Of a DNA stretch of 64,000 nt, positions 45,710 through 55,587 are shown one piece after another. Both the position numbers and the translations under genes were made by a program. Within the stretch, counting starts at the first letter, position 1. Every line of letters starts with the position of its first letter. A model generated the notes under the pieces. It made no database searches. It was not told where the DNA came from and saw only the letters and a list, made by a program, of their open reading frames with translations. This stretch comes from a virus (taxonomy: Duplodnaviria; Caudoviricetes): IMG/VR virus record IMGVR_UViG_3300002220_000568, positions 1,660-65,659 of that record. One strand, written 5' to 3'.

Positions 45710-47241
45710 TTTTTTTTGCTCTGATCTAACTCGATATAATGAGTTTTAAGTGCAACAATATTCTTTTGGATAGATTCTCGCAGATCCTTTAGTTGTGCTT
45801 CATATTCTGCAGTCAATGAAGTATCTTCCATTACTGCATCAAGCTTAGCTATAGAATCTTCAAGTTTCTCAAGGTCTCTATCAATTTGTGCTTTTTCTTC
45901 ATCTATACGCTTAACGTTTTGGTCTCTTTCTGTTAACTGTATAGAATACAATTCGCTAACATCATAATGGAAATTTTCCATTACATAATTATGAAATGCT
46001 AGTCCTTGCATTTTCTTAATTACTCTGGTATTTCCTAATTTTTCAAATACGTATTGTGTATCGCCAATTGTGAAAACTGCTGAGTCTTTATCTAACCTCT
46101 CGTTAATTAATTTCTTTCCAAACTCTAAGTTAACAATCATATCTAAATTATTAAATACTTTAACTAAATTAGATCGAATGTCCATTTGTTCCATCATAAA
46201 GATTTGAGAAAGATCAATTTTCGTTAAATCGTCAACAACCTTTCCGTTTAACTTAAGTTGTAAGTTTCCAGCTTCATTAATTGCAAATGCAATTTCAAGA
46301 TTTCGGCCACGTGTGTATATTTCATTCATTCGTTCTTTAAATCCTAATCTAGCAAAAGCTTCGCAGACTTCATAAAAGTCAACATACTGTTTAGCATCAT
46401 TTGGATTAATAGAAATAGGATCTTCTTTTTCAGAAAGTTTAACAAATGCATTTTCAAATAATACAACTGCTTCTGTATCAGAAATTTTATGAAATGGCGC
46501 AATAATTGCAGTTACTTTTGCATCGCCATTACCTAAACCAATATTAAATTTTCCATGATTTTTTGCTTCAACCATGCTTAAAGTATTCACTAATCTATTA
46601 ACAATTGGTAATTCAACACGACCTCGCATTTTCATTTTGATTGAATCAGAACCAAACGTTTCAGATAATAGGGATTCTTCCAATACTGAGATAGCTTCAT
46701 TATACAATATTGAACTAGTTTGACGCATCTCAAATATTGCGTTCATAATTTCTAATTTTGGCCTATTGCTATCAATATAGGTATTTAGCTCAGTTAAAAA
46801 GGCCGCAACTTTTGGATCATATGAAAATTTATTCATTGACTCAAAAATCATACTCATTGCTCTAAACTCAGGAACAACGGCTAACGTTTTTTCAATATGA
46901 TTCACAGTATTAATAAACATCGGATCGCTACCGATGTTGGATTCCTTTAACATTTTCAGTTTCAAAGAAATCCCAGCTTCTTTAGCCATATTCTGTAAGC
47001 TCTTAGTTGGTTTTACTGCCATTTTTCTAAATTTAGCAACTACTTCTTTAAGATTTTCATTAACTGTTGCTTCTGCAAGATCAGATAAATTAGAAAGAGC
47101 TGATTCAAGAATTTGATCAGAAGGTACACCAAGTAAGGTTGAATTGTTTATGGATTCGAGAACAACTCGTACTACTGCACTATCTTTAAGATTAGAGTTA
47201 GTGGTCAGTTCGTTTGTTAATTCTTGTATAAGGTTGTTCAT
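45703..47241 (-). CDS. Late structural protein (head/core candidate) with C-terminal coiled coil
   Basis: 512-aa ORF; late boxes at 47261 and 47289; many L/I-x-E sites. Confidence 0.75.
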   Translation of the reverse strand: MNNLIQELTNELTTNSNLKDSAVVRVVLESINNSTLLGVPSDQILESALSNLSDLAEATVNENLKEVVAKFRKMAVKPTKSLQNMAKEAGISLKLKMLKESNIGSDPMFINTVNHIEKTLAVVPEFRAMSMIFESMNKFSYDPKVAAFLTELNTYIDSNRPKLEIMNAIFEMRQTSSILYNEAISVLEESLLSETFGSDSIKMKMRGRVELPIVNRLVNTLSMVEAKNHGKFNIGLGNGDAKVTAIIAPFHKISDTEAVVLFENAFVKLSEKEDPISINPNDAKQYVDFYEVCEAFARLGFKERMNEIYTRGRNLEIAFAINEAGNLQLKLNGKVVDDLTKIDLSQIFMMEQMDIRSNLVKVFNNLDMIVNLEFGKKLINERLDKDSAVFTIGDTQYVFEKLGNTRVIKKMQGLAFHNYVMENFHYDVSELYSIQLTERDQNVKRIDEEKAQIDRDLEKLEDSIAKLDAVMEDTSLTAEYEAQLKDLRESIQKNIVALKTHYIELDQSKKKV

Positions 47242-47298
47242 TCAATAGCTATCTTTTTTTTATTTATTTAGATTAATCGTGTTAACTTTATTTATCTG

Positions 47299-49266
47299 TT
47301 AATCAGTTAACGTTTGTTGCGAACCTGGTATATTAATAGCGGCCGATGCATTAATTGTTTTAGGTACCCTAGGCTGTACAGTTGTTTTTGCAGGTCCTTC
47401 TATTTCACTAGATTTCTGTAAAATTTGTTTTTCTTCTTCTAATTTAGTAACCTGTTCGCGAAGTGAACTTAGTTTCTTCTCATTTTGTAAAGAAGATTCG
47501 CTATCTTTTTGTGAAGCTAATAAACTCGCATAATTAACAGATGATACCCAAGTTCCAGTATAAAACAGCGTTTCCGTTCCATCAGTTTTTGACACTAATG
47601 TAATAAAAAATTGATTATCGGTCATTGATAATATTTGGATAGCCTGGTCTTTAGGTATTCTAAAAACAAACTCTCCTCTACTTGGACTAGCTAATTTATT
47701 ATCAGCTAGATTTTCATAAATAAACTTACCAGTCTGCCCAAAATTCAATTTAAACAGTGAGTTATTATTGAGGTCTATTCGTTTTTGATTAGTATTATCA
47801 GTTGGATTAGCTTGGTATGCTGTAAATTTTATAAAATTGTCAACTGGGTCAACCGGTAGAACTAATCGACCTTGCCCATAAACTACTTGATCAGTTTCGT
47901 TTTTAATACTATTTAATGCATTACCTTGACTCATCATAATATCCATTTGCTTAATTGGGATATATTCTTTAACTGTCACGGTTTCGATTTTAGTTTCAAC
48001 GAATGGTATTGGCGGAACAGGAATGACATTTATTCTAGTAGACTTTGGCGCAAATAAATTAGAAAGCTCAAAATTCTTTTGTACTATTTTATTATAAACT
48101 CTCATAGATTGTGGGCCATCTGGCAAATTTATTTTTGCTAATTTTTTGCCATACCTATTTGGGTTCATTACGCTAACAGCAGCAGTTTTTATTACCTGGT
48201 CTCCAGTTAATGTGTTTATTAATCGTAAAGTATAATCAATTGACATAGAAACTGCATAACCTGCTTCCTTTAAGATAGGTCTATATGTAAGGATTTCATC
48301 AAATTGGTCCTGTTGATAAATTATAGCATTCCCAGTAGGATATAATTCGGTACCGATTTGTTCATATACTTGTAATTGATGAGAAAAAACCCAATTATTA
48401 TTTGGGCCACTTTCATTAAGAGTAGCAATGAATGAATCTGGGAAAGCTCCATCCCAAGTTGCATAAAATTCAATGTAGTCTCCATCTTCTGCTTCTTGGA
48501 TAATACATCCAAGCGCATCAAATTTATTTACTTGGGCAACTGATCCTTCGTAATAATTAATGAATTTATACCGGTCATATGCTATATTATTTGGTGCATT
48601 GTATTCTTCATAGTTGGCTTCTGCTAAATATACAGTGATTGGAGCATCTTTAATAAAGCCTACGCCATTTGTAATATTCCAAGAAAATGAAAGATTTCCA
48701 AACTCTGCATAATCCTTATCTAGCCATGGAGCAGATGGAATTTTAACGTCAACATATCTATCATATATCGTATTAGCAATAAATAGAGGTTGTGTATTAT
48801 ATGTAAATATCGTTTGTGCTGTTGCTGCATCAAGTAAAATAGTAGCTATTTGAACCTGTTTAAGATTATTCATCTTATATTTTGCACCAACTATAATATT
48901 TTCAACTTCACTAAAATTAAAACCTGAAGCAAAATGAAATCGTAATGTATCCATTACTAAATTTGAGCTTAGTGTTGGATTGAGTGCAGTTTCTGTAATA
49001 TTTGGGTCATATTGTGTATATATTGGAATGTTTGTCGGATCAACATATACTACTTTGGACCCACCTACTGAAACAACACTTAAATTTCTTGAATTATGAG
49101 TAAGTTCAATATCGCCATCACTATTATAAATTTGATATGTGTCAACATTTTTATTGTCAACAAAATAATACTCCGTACTTAACATAGGCGGAGTTGGATC
49201 GCTTAATGGAGTTGCTCTAAACTCTAAAATGCAATAGTTAGAAAGATTTACAAAGCTTGAATTCAT
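47299..49266 (-). CDS. Large beta-rich structural protein
   Basis: 655-aa ORF in the morphogenesis operon. Confidence 0.7.
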   Translation of the reverse strand: MNSSFVNLSNYCILEFRATPLSDPTPPMLSTEYYFVDNKNVDTYQIYNSDGDIELTHNSRNLSVVSVGGSKVVYVDPTNIPIYTQYDPNITETALNPTLSSNLVMDTLRFHFASGFNFSEVENIIVGAKYKMNNLKQVQIATILLDAATAQTIFTYNTQPLFIANTIYDRYVDVKIPSAPWLDKDYAEFGNLSFSWNITNGVGFIKDAPITVYLAEANYEEYNAPNNIAYDRYKFINYYEGSVAQVNKFDALGCIIQEAEDGDYIEFYATWDGAFPDSFIATLNESGPNNNWVFSHQLQVYEQIGTELYPTGNAIIYQQDQFDEILTYRPILKEAGYAVSMSIDYTLRLINTLTGDQVIKTAAVSVMNPNRYGKKLAKINLPDGPQSMRVYNKIVQKNFELSNLFAPKSTRINVIPVPPIPFVETKIETVTVKEYIPIKQMDIMMSQGNALNSIKNETDQVVYGQGRLVLPVDPVDNFIKFTAYQANPTDNTNQKRIDLNNNSLFKLNFGQTGKFIYENLADNKLASPSRGEFVFRIPKDQAIQILSMTDNQFFITLVSKTDGTETLFYTGTWVSSVNYASLLASQKDSESSLQNEKKLSSLREQVTKLEEEKQILQKSSEIEGPAKTTVQPRVPKTINASAAINIPGSQQTLTD

Positions 49267-49267
49267 T

Positions 49268-50089
49268 TCATCTGTTTCGTATTTTAATAGTTAACCATCT
49301 TGGCGATACATATGCGGCAACACCTAAAAATGGTTTTAACTGCGGTTGCTGTTCTAATGTAGCACCGTACCCAATAACAAAACCTAATCCAAGATATGAT
49401 GATGGTTTCTTGTTTATTTCTTGTTCAACTCGGGTTATTCCTGACATACTTACTTTTGCTGGAAATGCAGTACTTGATACAATACTTGCCATTCCAGTTT
49501 TTTTATCTCTACTAATTCCAAAATCGACACCTATTCCAATTGTAGTAGTAAGATCAATTTTGCCAGCTTTAATTTTATTATCTATGATTGTTGCTAACAC
49601 TGTGCCAGTAACACTATAATAATTATTAGTATCATAAACCTTGCCCTCATCAATTGCGATAGTTGAATCATTTAGAATGTAACTTCCATTACCTGAATTA
49701 GCTTTAAGATCTGCAATTATTTGATCTTTCATTACAATTTGGGTTTGTAAATATGCAATCATTTCTTGGTTTTTTGCAACTTTACCAATTAATTTAAGAT
49801 ACTTATTGTATATATCAGAGTATTGATTTTTTAGCATATCTGAAGTAGCAGTAAGTAGTTTTATTTCAGATTTACTATTAGAGTATTGGTCTTTCCAAAA
49901 TTGCATTGTATCTTTAGCTGCAATTAAATTATTCGAAAGAATTGATTCTTGTTGTTTTAACTTCACATTTTCACTGGCCAAATTATTAGTTTTAATAATC
50001 GACCACGTAAGAGCAATTGACATTACTACAAATAATCCAATTACTATTGAAATAATGTTTTTAGTAAAAAAAGACTGTACGGTTTTCAT
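49268..50089 (-). CDS. TM-anchored coiled-coil protein with beta-rich C-terminus (spanin-like candidate)
   Basis: Start ATG 50089; N-terminal TM, coiled coil, YLGLGFVIGYG...FLGVAAY. Confidence 0.55.
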   Translation of the reverse strand: MKTVQSFFTKNIISIVIGLFVVMSIALTWSIIKTNNLASENVKLKQQESILSNNLIAAKDTMQFWKDQYSNSKSEIKLLTATSDMLKNQYSDIYNKYLKLIGKVAKNQEMIAYLQTQIVMKDQIIADLKANSGNGSYILNDSTIAIDEGKVYDTNNYYSVTGTVLATIIDNKIKAGKIDLTTTIGIGVDFGISRDKKTGMASIVSSTAFPAKVSMSGITRVEQEINKKPSSYLGLGFVIGYGATLEQQPQLKPFLGVAAYVSPRWLTIKIRNR

Positions 50090-50099
50090 TGTTGTTAAT

Positions 50100-50339
50100 T
50101 TATTGATTAATACTTTGTAAAATTTCAAAAAGATTAGGTGTCTCGCCAGTTTCGCTCTTAATTTTATCTATTAGAAATCGTTCAGATTCACGAGCAGTTG
50201 CTAAATCTAATTCAATTTGTTGTTTCTGTTGACTTAGCAAAGTTGCTTGCTCTAATAAAGAATTCATTGAAACCTCAATGCGCTTATATTCGGCAATGAT
50301 TTTCTTGATTTCAAGTAATTGGTCATTGGTCAAATCCAT
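50100..50339 (-). CDS. Small coiled-coil protein
   Basis: 79-aa heptad-rich ORF. Confidence 0.65.
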   Translation of the reverse strand: MDLTNDQLLEIKKIIAEYKRIEVSMNSLLEQATLLSQQKQQIELDLATARESERFLIDKIKSETGETPNLFEILQSINQ

Positions 50340-52000
50340 TAATACATTCTTAATTTTATACCATGACTAACTAACGCATCATAAATCGCATGCAAATAAT
50401 GTTCGCTAAGCCCAGTTGAAACAGCTTGGTTAATCATAGGTTCTTCTTTTTCTACTTTAGAATTTGATTTAGATTCATCTACTGTGATTTTTTGGCCTTC
50501 TGTATTAGTTACATTATTCGTAGAATTAATAATATTACTGATGTTTTGGTTATTACTTACTTGTGAGGCATTTACTGAGTCTAATGCTGCTTGCACTTTT
50601 GCTAAATTTTCATTAACTGAATTAAGCTGTTTTGATTCAGGTGAAGTTAATATCGTTTTGACAATATCAGCATTTAATTTCTTATCATTAGTTTCTATTC
50701 GAGCCTCATCAATATTAGGTAATAGCAATGGATCATTTATTATGGTAGGGTCAATTGTTTCATTATTAGTTTTAGGTAATAATGAAAATACATCATTTGA
50801 AGATTTGGATTCTTTAATTGAGTCAGGCCGGCTCTCATTAATAAAGTTTGACATATTAAGAACTTCAGTATTCGTACGAACATCATTAGTAAGCATTGGA
50901 GTCACACTGTCTACTAAATATGGTTGGCTATTTGAAATTTGACTTGGGCTAAAATCCATTATATTATTGAGGTTAGTGGTTTCTATATTTTCGATTACTT
51001 GTGAAAAGCCTTCATTTAAAACGTTTACTATTTCTTCTCGGGTATTTGGTTCTCTTAACATTTCAATAAGGACTGTAGATGGAGAATTAAACAAACTATT
51101 ATTAGTTTGTGAAGTTTGCATCTCGATCAAATCCTTAGTCGATTTAGTTAATTCAGTTAATTTATCAATACTTACTACAGAGGTAGGTAATAATGAATCG
51201 GCTAATTTTCCATCACTTACAGGTTCAGTGAGTATACGAGTACTTGTGTCTATTTGTTTTACTTCAGGACTTTCGATATTTGCAATAATACTTGGAGTCA
51301 ATTCAGTAGAATCAGACTTAGTGGATTCACTATTAATACTTTTAGTAATATCAGATAAGGTATCTTGAGCTACTTGATATGAACTTCTAGTATCTACTGG
51401 TTCTACTGAGATAGGTTCTTCTTTTTTTATTAGGGCTTCGTTAGCTTCTAATATTTTATTAACATCTGCTTTTGTTGCAATTGGGTCTTCTTGAATAACT
51501 CTAGGTAATGGAGTAGTTTCAGGAAGTACGGTATTTACTGTATTTTGTATAGTTGAACTTGGTAAAATTTCAGGTTTATCAGTTGATATAATAATTGGAG
51601 CTTTTTCAGTTTCAATTGTATAATTATTAGTAATAGACTCTGTTGTTTTTTCAATTTTTTCAGACGACGGTGATTGTACAATATTCGCTTGTTCAACATT
51701 AACATTTATGATGGGCTCCACTGTATTATCATTAGTCAGAGTCGCAGCGATTTGGTCGATCTCATTTTTTGTTGAAGAATCTGCTGTTTCTACTTTAATT
51801 TGATCTGTACTTTCTGGTGAACCATCATCTATTAGATCTGATATTTCACTTGGTGAAATATCCAAATCAATAGGGTCCTCTATGCCTGCAGCAGTTTCAG
51901 CGATTTCGCTAGGTTTAGCAATGTCTGTATAGTCAGTAGTAACTTCAGGCAAATTATCGAACTTTTCCAAGTTGTCATCTAAAACGGTTTCGTTATCCAC
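50339..52000 (-). CDS. S/T/E/D-rich low-complexity protein (position fits a tape-measure/gp29-like gene)
   Basis: 553 aa; follows the gp26-like pair; late box at 52018. Confidence 0.6.
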   Translation of the reverse strand: MDNETVLDDNLEKFDNLPEVTTDYTDIAKPSEIAETAAGIEDPIDLDISPSEISDLIDDGSPESTDQIKVETADSSTKNEIDQIAATLTNDNTVEPIINVNVEQANIVQSPSSEKIEKTTESITNNYTIETEKAPIIISTDKPEILPSSTIQNTVNTVLPETTPLPRVIQEDPIATKADVNKILEANEALIKKEEPISVEPVDTRSSYQVAQDTLSDITKSINSESTKSDSTELTPSIIANIESPEVKQIDTSTRILTEPVSDGKLADSLLPTSVVSIDKLTELTKSTKDLIEMQTSQTNNSLFNSPSTVLIEMLREPNTREEIVNVLNEGFSQVIENIETTNLNNIMDFSPSQISNSQPYLVDSVTPMLTNDVRTNTEVLNMSNFINESRPDSIKESKSSNDVFSLLPKTNNETIDPTIINDPLLLPNIDEARIETNDKKLNADIVKTILTSPESKQLNSVNENLAKVQAALDSVNASQVSNNQNISNIINSTNNVTNTEGQKITVDESKSNSKVEKEEPMINQAVSTGLSEHYLHAIYDALVSHGIKLRMY

Positions 52001-52033
52001 AAAATTAATCTTTTTATTATTTATTCACATAAT

Positions 52034-52066
52034 AAAAAGGTTCGACTTATTCAGTCGAACCTTTTT
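52034..52066 (-). terminator. Intrinsic terminator
   Basis: 14-bp stem aaaaaggttcgact / agtcgaaccttttt. Confidence 0.8.
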
Positions 52067-52298
52067 CTAATTCCATTTTAGTATTTAAGTTTGTTCCTGA
52101 TTCTTGAATTAATAGATTCAAATAGTATCGATATTCAAAATACGGTAACTTATATAGACTGTCAAACGATTGATTAAGCTTCACTGCTAAAATCCGGTTA
52201 ATCTCAAATAAGTTCGTTAAGTCCGCCTGAAATAAAGAAAAGATCTTTAACCGTGAAGCCGGACTTTGAAAAAAGAGGTGATGACGCAAGTTTTCCAC
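52047..52298 (-). CDS. Small ORF in the +1 frame overlapping the gp26-like gene (chaperone-extension-like)
   Basis: DLTNLFEINRILAVKLNQSFDSLYKLPYFEYRYYLNLL; its only ATG lies 95 nt inside the upstream gene. Confidence 0.6.
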   Translation of the reverse strand: MENLRHHLFFQSPASRLKIFSLFQADLTNLFEINRILAVKLNQSFDSLYKLPYFEYRYYLNLLIQESGTNLNTKMELEKGSTE

Positions 52299-53217
52299 AT
52301 TTTGGACAAGTAGTTGTCACCATTGAATGTCTAGCAGACTCAACTAATTTTACAAATTTTGTTACAAAGGTAAATTTATTAACATGCCAAGCAAAATTGT
52401 TTTTAGATAGATCATAATATGCTTGTTGAGAAAATGTTGACCAATCTTGGATAATGTATGGAGCAATTGTTATGAAGGCTTTATCTATTTTTCTACCATC
52501 TGCTTTAGCTTGAGAAATTCTAGTTCGTAATTTTTCAACTACTCCAATCGTTGGCATGTAAATATAGAAGGTTTCATTAAGTTTCTGAGACTCTATTTCA
52601 AAACATTTATATTGAGAATTATAAAATTGTAAAATTTCGTCAGGAAAATCAATGAAATTTAACATTGGACTTATTACTTGAACCTCATCACTCCATTTTT
52701 CAGCATCCGAACACGGTCCTGGACATGTAAATTTTATAAATAAGGCATTTTGGTTTTCAGGAAAAGTAATTTCCTGTACTAAAAAAATAAGAGCAAGTCT
52801 ATCTAATTCAGAAATATCTCGCCATGTCATAAATGACCGAGTACCCTTTATTTTTATTCTACAGCATTTTTCAATGATAAAATTTAATGTATCATCTACA
52901 TCAAGTCTATCATTTTCATCCATAGTTGACCATTGCCTAACTTCAGAAACTTGAGCAGCTCTAATAGTTATTTCAGTTCCTTCTGGGTAAAACATACCAC
53001 GAGATGGTAGATTTTCTAAAGGTATTGTTTTCCAATGAGAATCATTTGCTCCACCAATAGTTGATTCAAACATTGGTGATATTGATCTACCTAAATTTGG
53101 TGGGTTTTGTGTAGTGTGGTCTACTACTTTATTAATATCTTTATTCTTTCCGTGAAGTTGATCTTGCTGTTCTAAAAAAGCACTACCTTCTTCAACAAGG
53201 TCAGGAGTTTCAGCCAT
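52204..53217 (-). CDS. T4 gp26-like baseplate hub assembly protein
   Basis: LPSRGMFYP...IRAAQVSEV, FTCPG.C, IYMPTIG, TCPKCG. Confidence 0.8.
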   Translation of the reverse strand: MAETPDLVEEGSAFLEQQDQLHGKNKDINKVVDHTTQNPPNLGRSISPMFESTIGGANDSHWKTIPLENLPSRGMFYPEGTEITIRAAQVSEVRQWSTMDENDRLDVDDTLNFIIEKCCRIKIKGTRSFMTWRDISELDRLALIFLVQEITFPENQNALFIKFTCPGPCSDAEKWSDEVQVISPMLNFIDFPDEILQFYNSQYKCFEIESQKLNETFYIYMPTIGVVEKLRTRISQAKADGRKIDKAFITIAPYIIQDWSTFSQQAYYDLSKNNFAWHVNKFTFVTKFVKLVESARHSMVTTTCPKCGKLASSPLFSKSGFTVKDLFFISGGLNELI

Positions 53218-53254
53218 TAAAATTCGATTATTTTACGAATTTATTTATTGACTT

Positions 53255-53710
53255 TTATATAAGAAACTCCAGGAAAGTTTTTGCTCGGCCCTCGCTCTTA
53301 GATTCAGTTAAGCGATTAAGTGTTTCTGGGTAAACTTCTACAAGTTTTAAAGTTTTTGGATCTCTAAGAAATGCGCGTATTGTTTGGGTTTCACGATCAA
53401 TTTTCAAAGCTTCAAATTTACCAAAAATTACAGTTGGTTCTTTTTTAGCATTAGTAAAAGTAGAATTAACCTTTACTCCACTAATTCGTGACCCCCTCTT
53501 AAACTGTTGATTAAGTTGATTGATACTATTGGCGAATGCATCAATATTCACAGGGACAACCCTAGATAGATCAGAGAGTGGAAGAATCTTTATAGCTATG
53601 CCATTACTGTATGGCGACTTAGCTGCCGCAAAATTAAAATCGGACTTTCCATAAAATGGAAGACCTTGCATAGCTTGTTGCCGCTGACCGAATGACATTA
53701 TTGGAATCAT
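53255..53710 (-). CDS. Hypothetical structural protein
   Basis: 151 aa; C-terminal LTES...AKTFLEFL. Confidence 0.65.
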   Translation of the reverse strand: MIPIMSFGQRQQAMQGLPFYGKSDFNFAAAKSPYSNGIAIKILPLSDLSRVVPVNIDAFANSINQLNQQFKRGSRISGVKVNSTFTNAKKEPTVIFGKFEALKIDRETQTIRAFLRDPKTLKLVEVYPETLNRLTESKSEGRAKTFLEFLI

Positions 53711-54045
53711 TAGACAAAACTTGGTAAATTTGTAGTTCCTAAAAGAACAATCGTTCCATCTACTGGAGCAGTTAATTTAGCAATTTGAGCATAAAAAGTA
53801 GCACCAGCTAAAATTTTAATAGCGACACCTGTTCCATCAACACCTTGTGCTACGGTCCATAGTGTAACATCTTGTGTAATTGCTGCAGAATTATGAATTC
53901 CAAACCAGCTTGGAGACATTACACCAATTGATCCAGGGATTCCACTATTTAAAATTGCTCCACCTGGGTTAGTATCAGTAAAGACTGGCGCATATAATGT
54001 ATTATTATTTGAGTGTTTTTGTAAGAATTTCGCAATTGGCGTCAT
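53710..54045 (-). CDS. Small beta-rich structural protein
   Basis: 111-aa ORF in the late operon. Confidence 0.65.
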   Translation of the reverse strand: MTPIAKFLQKHSNNNTLYAPVFTDTNPGGAILNSGIPGSIGVMSPSWFGIHNSAAITQDVTLWTVAQGVDGTGVAIKILAGATFYAQIAKLTAPVDGTIVLLGTTNLPSFV

Positions 54046-54060
54046 TGTATAAAATATTTT

Positions 54061-54819
54061 TTAGCAAGCACAATTACTTACTGCAGAATTACTCTTTGTG
54101 TAAATAACCAGACCATTTACGATAAGACTATAACCACGGCCTCCTTCTGTGTCTGGACTAGCATTAACTATATCTATTCTATTTATCAAACTGTGTGCGT
54201 CCATAGTTAATGGATTTACAAAATGCGCATAAAATGTATTTAATGGCATTACTATAGGTTGAGTACCTGGTATGATTCCACTTGGTCCAATTTCTTCATC
54301 TGCATTTATACCAGTCCACATATGAATAAAGCATTTTTGATCTTCTGGTATAACATCAGACCCGCCTTTATCAACAGATGAAAATTGAATGAATAATAAA
54401 ACACCTTTAGCGTAGTTTTTTTCGCTATTTAGTAAATAATATCCTGGTACACTAGATGGACCATATACACCAGAAGGTTCAATATATTCAGTATCTTGGC
54501 CTAATGGATAATTCTCTGGGTTAATACCAATCCAATTAACTGGTGCAGGCTGAAGACTTAGAGTATGTAATCGATTATCGAAAATAGTTAGGGTTTCACC
54601 TGCACATACTTCAAAATTTATAACATTTTGATTATCAACTGGATAGATAAAATTTGCCAATGAAAAAGCAGCGTCTATAGCAGATCTATTGAATACACTT
54701 AATGTTTTATCAATAGCCCGAAGACTTTTTTTGCCAGATGAAGTAGACGAACATAAATTAGCAAATGCAGTACTAACTCTTTTTTGAATAGGATCGTCAT
54801 TATATTGAATATATGCCAT
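54061..54819 (-). CDS. Hypothetical structural protein
   Basis: 252-aa ORF in the late operon. Confidence 0.65.
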   Translation of the reverse strand: MAYIQYNDDPIQKRVSTAFANLCSSTSSGKKSLRAIDKTLSVFNRSAIDAAFSLANFIYPVDNQNVINFEVCAGETLTIFDNRLHTLSLQPAPVNWIGINPENYPLGQDTEYIEPSGVYGPSSVPGYYLLNSEKNYAKGVLLFIQFSSVDKGGSDVIPEDQKCFIHMWTGINADEEIGPSGIIPGTQPIVMPLNTFYAHFVNPLTMDAHSLINRIDIVNASPDTEGGRGYSLIVNGLVIYTKSNSAVSNCAC

Positions 54820-54834
54820 TTTATTGAACTATTT

Positions 54835-55587
54835 TTATGGGTCATGTGGTTTTTTCAAACCTGATAGCTGAGGCTCGCTTCCTCTAGCAACTAATTCGTC
54901 ATACGTTGGTGTACGATGAGTTGTTTTCTCTGTATTATTTAATCGAGGAGACTCTGTAGTAGTTGATGGAATATTAGCGATTGGTTGGTCAACTTGTATA
55001 GGCCGCTCAATAATAGGAGCAAGAGGTTCAGGTTTTTGAGTAGTTGTAAAAGAGATTTCATCATTTTTAATTGAAGGAATTGGCTGATCCTCTACTATTA
55101 GGTTAGGTTCTTCAATACCGTTATCTTCAATTACTTGTGTTTGCTGTTGATTTTCAGCAGGCCGTATGTAATCAATAAGGGCTTTAATATAACCTAATGC
55201 AACAATAGGAAGAATACCACCACTTATAAGACTAAGTATTCTCTTTTGATAAATTAACTCTTCCTCAACTAGCCCAAATAATTCTATCCAACTTTGAAAA
55301 TTCTCTGCGTGAACGTATGCATAATATGTATTGCCCATAGCTTGCATAGCTGTTAAAATAATAAAAAGCATCCATACTATTCCCTTATTCATTTTATCAA
55401 GGGCAATAATGGAAGCTAATGACGCAGCTGCTCCAATTTCAAAAGCAATTGCTAAACTAACAGCTAACCAATATGGATTAGTTAGAGAGAAAAAATCAAT
55501 TACGTGAACTGTTGAAATTAATGAAGTTATCGCATACAGTATGGTAAATGCACTAATTACAAAATAGTGCACAGTTGTTTTTTTCAT
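54835..55587 (-). CDS. Four-TM membrane protein with a P/T/E-rich tail
   Basis: Hydrophobic helices (LAIAFEIGAAASL, ILPIVALGYIK). Confidence 0.75.
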   Translation of the reverse strand: MKKTTVHYFVISAFTILYAITSLISTVHVIDFFSLTNPYWLAVSLAIAFEIGAAASLASIIALDKMNKGIVWMLFIILTAMQAMGNTYYAYVHAENFQSWIELFGLVEEELIYQKRILSLISGGILPIVALGYIKALIDYIRPAENQQQTQVIEDNGIEEPNLIVEDQPIPSIKNDEISFTTTQKPEPLAPIIERPIQVDQPIANIPSTTTESPRLNNTEKTTHRTPTYDELVARGSEPQLSGLKKPHDP

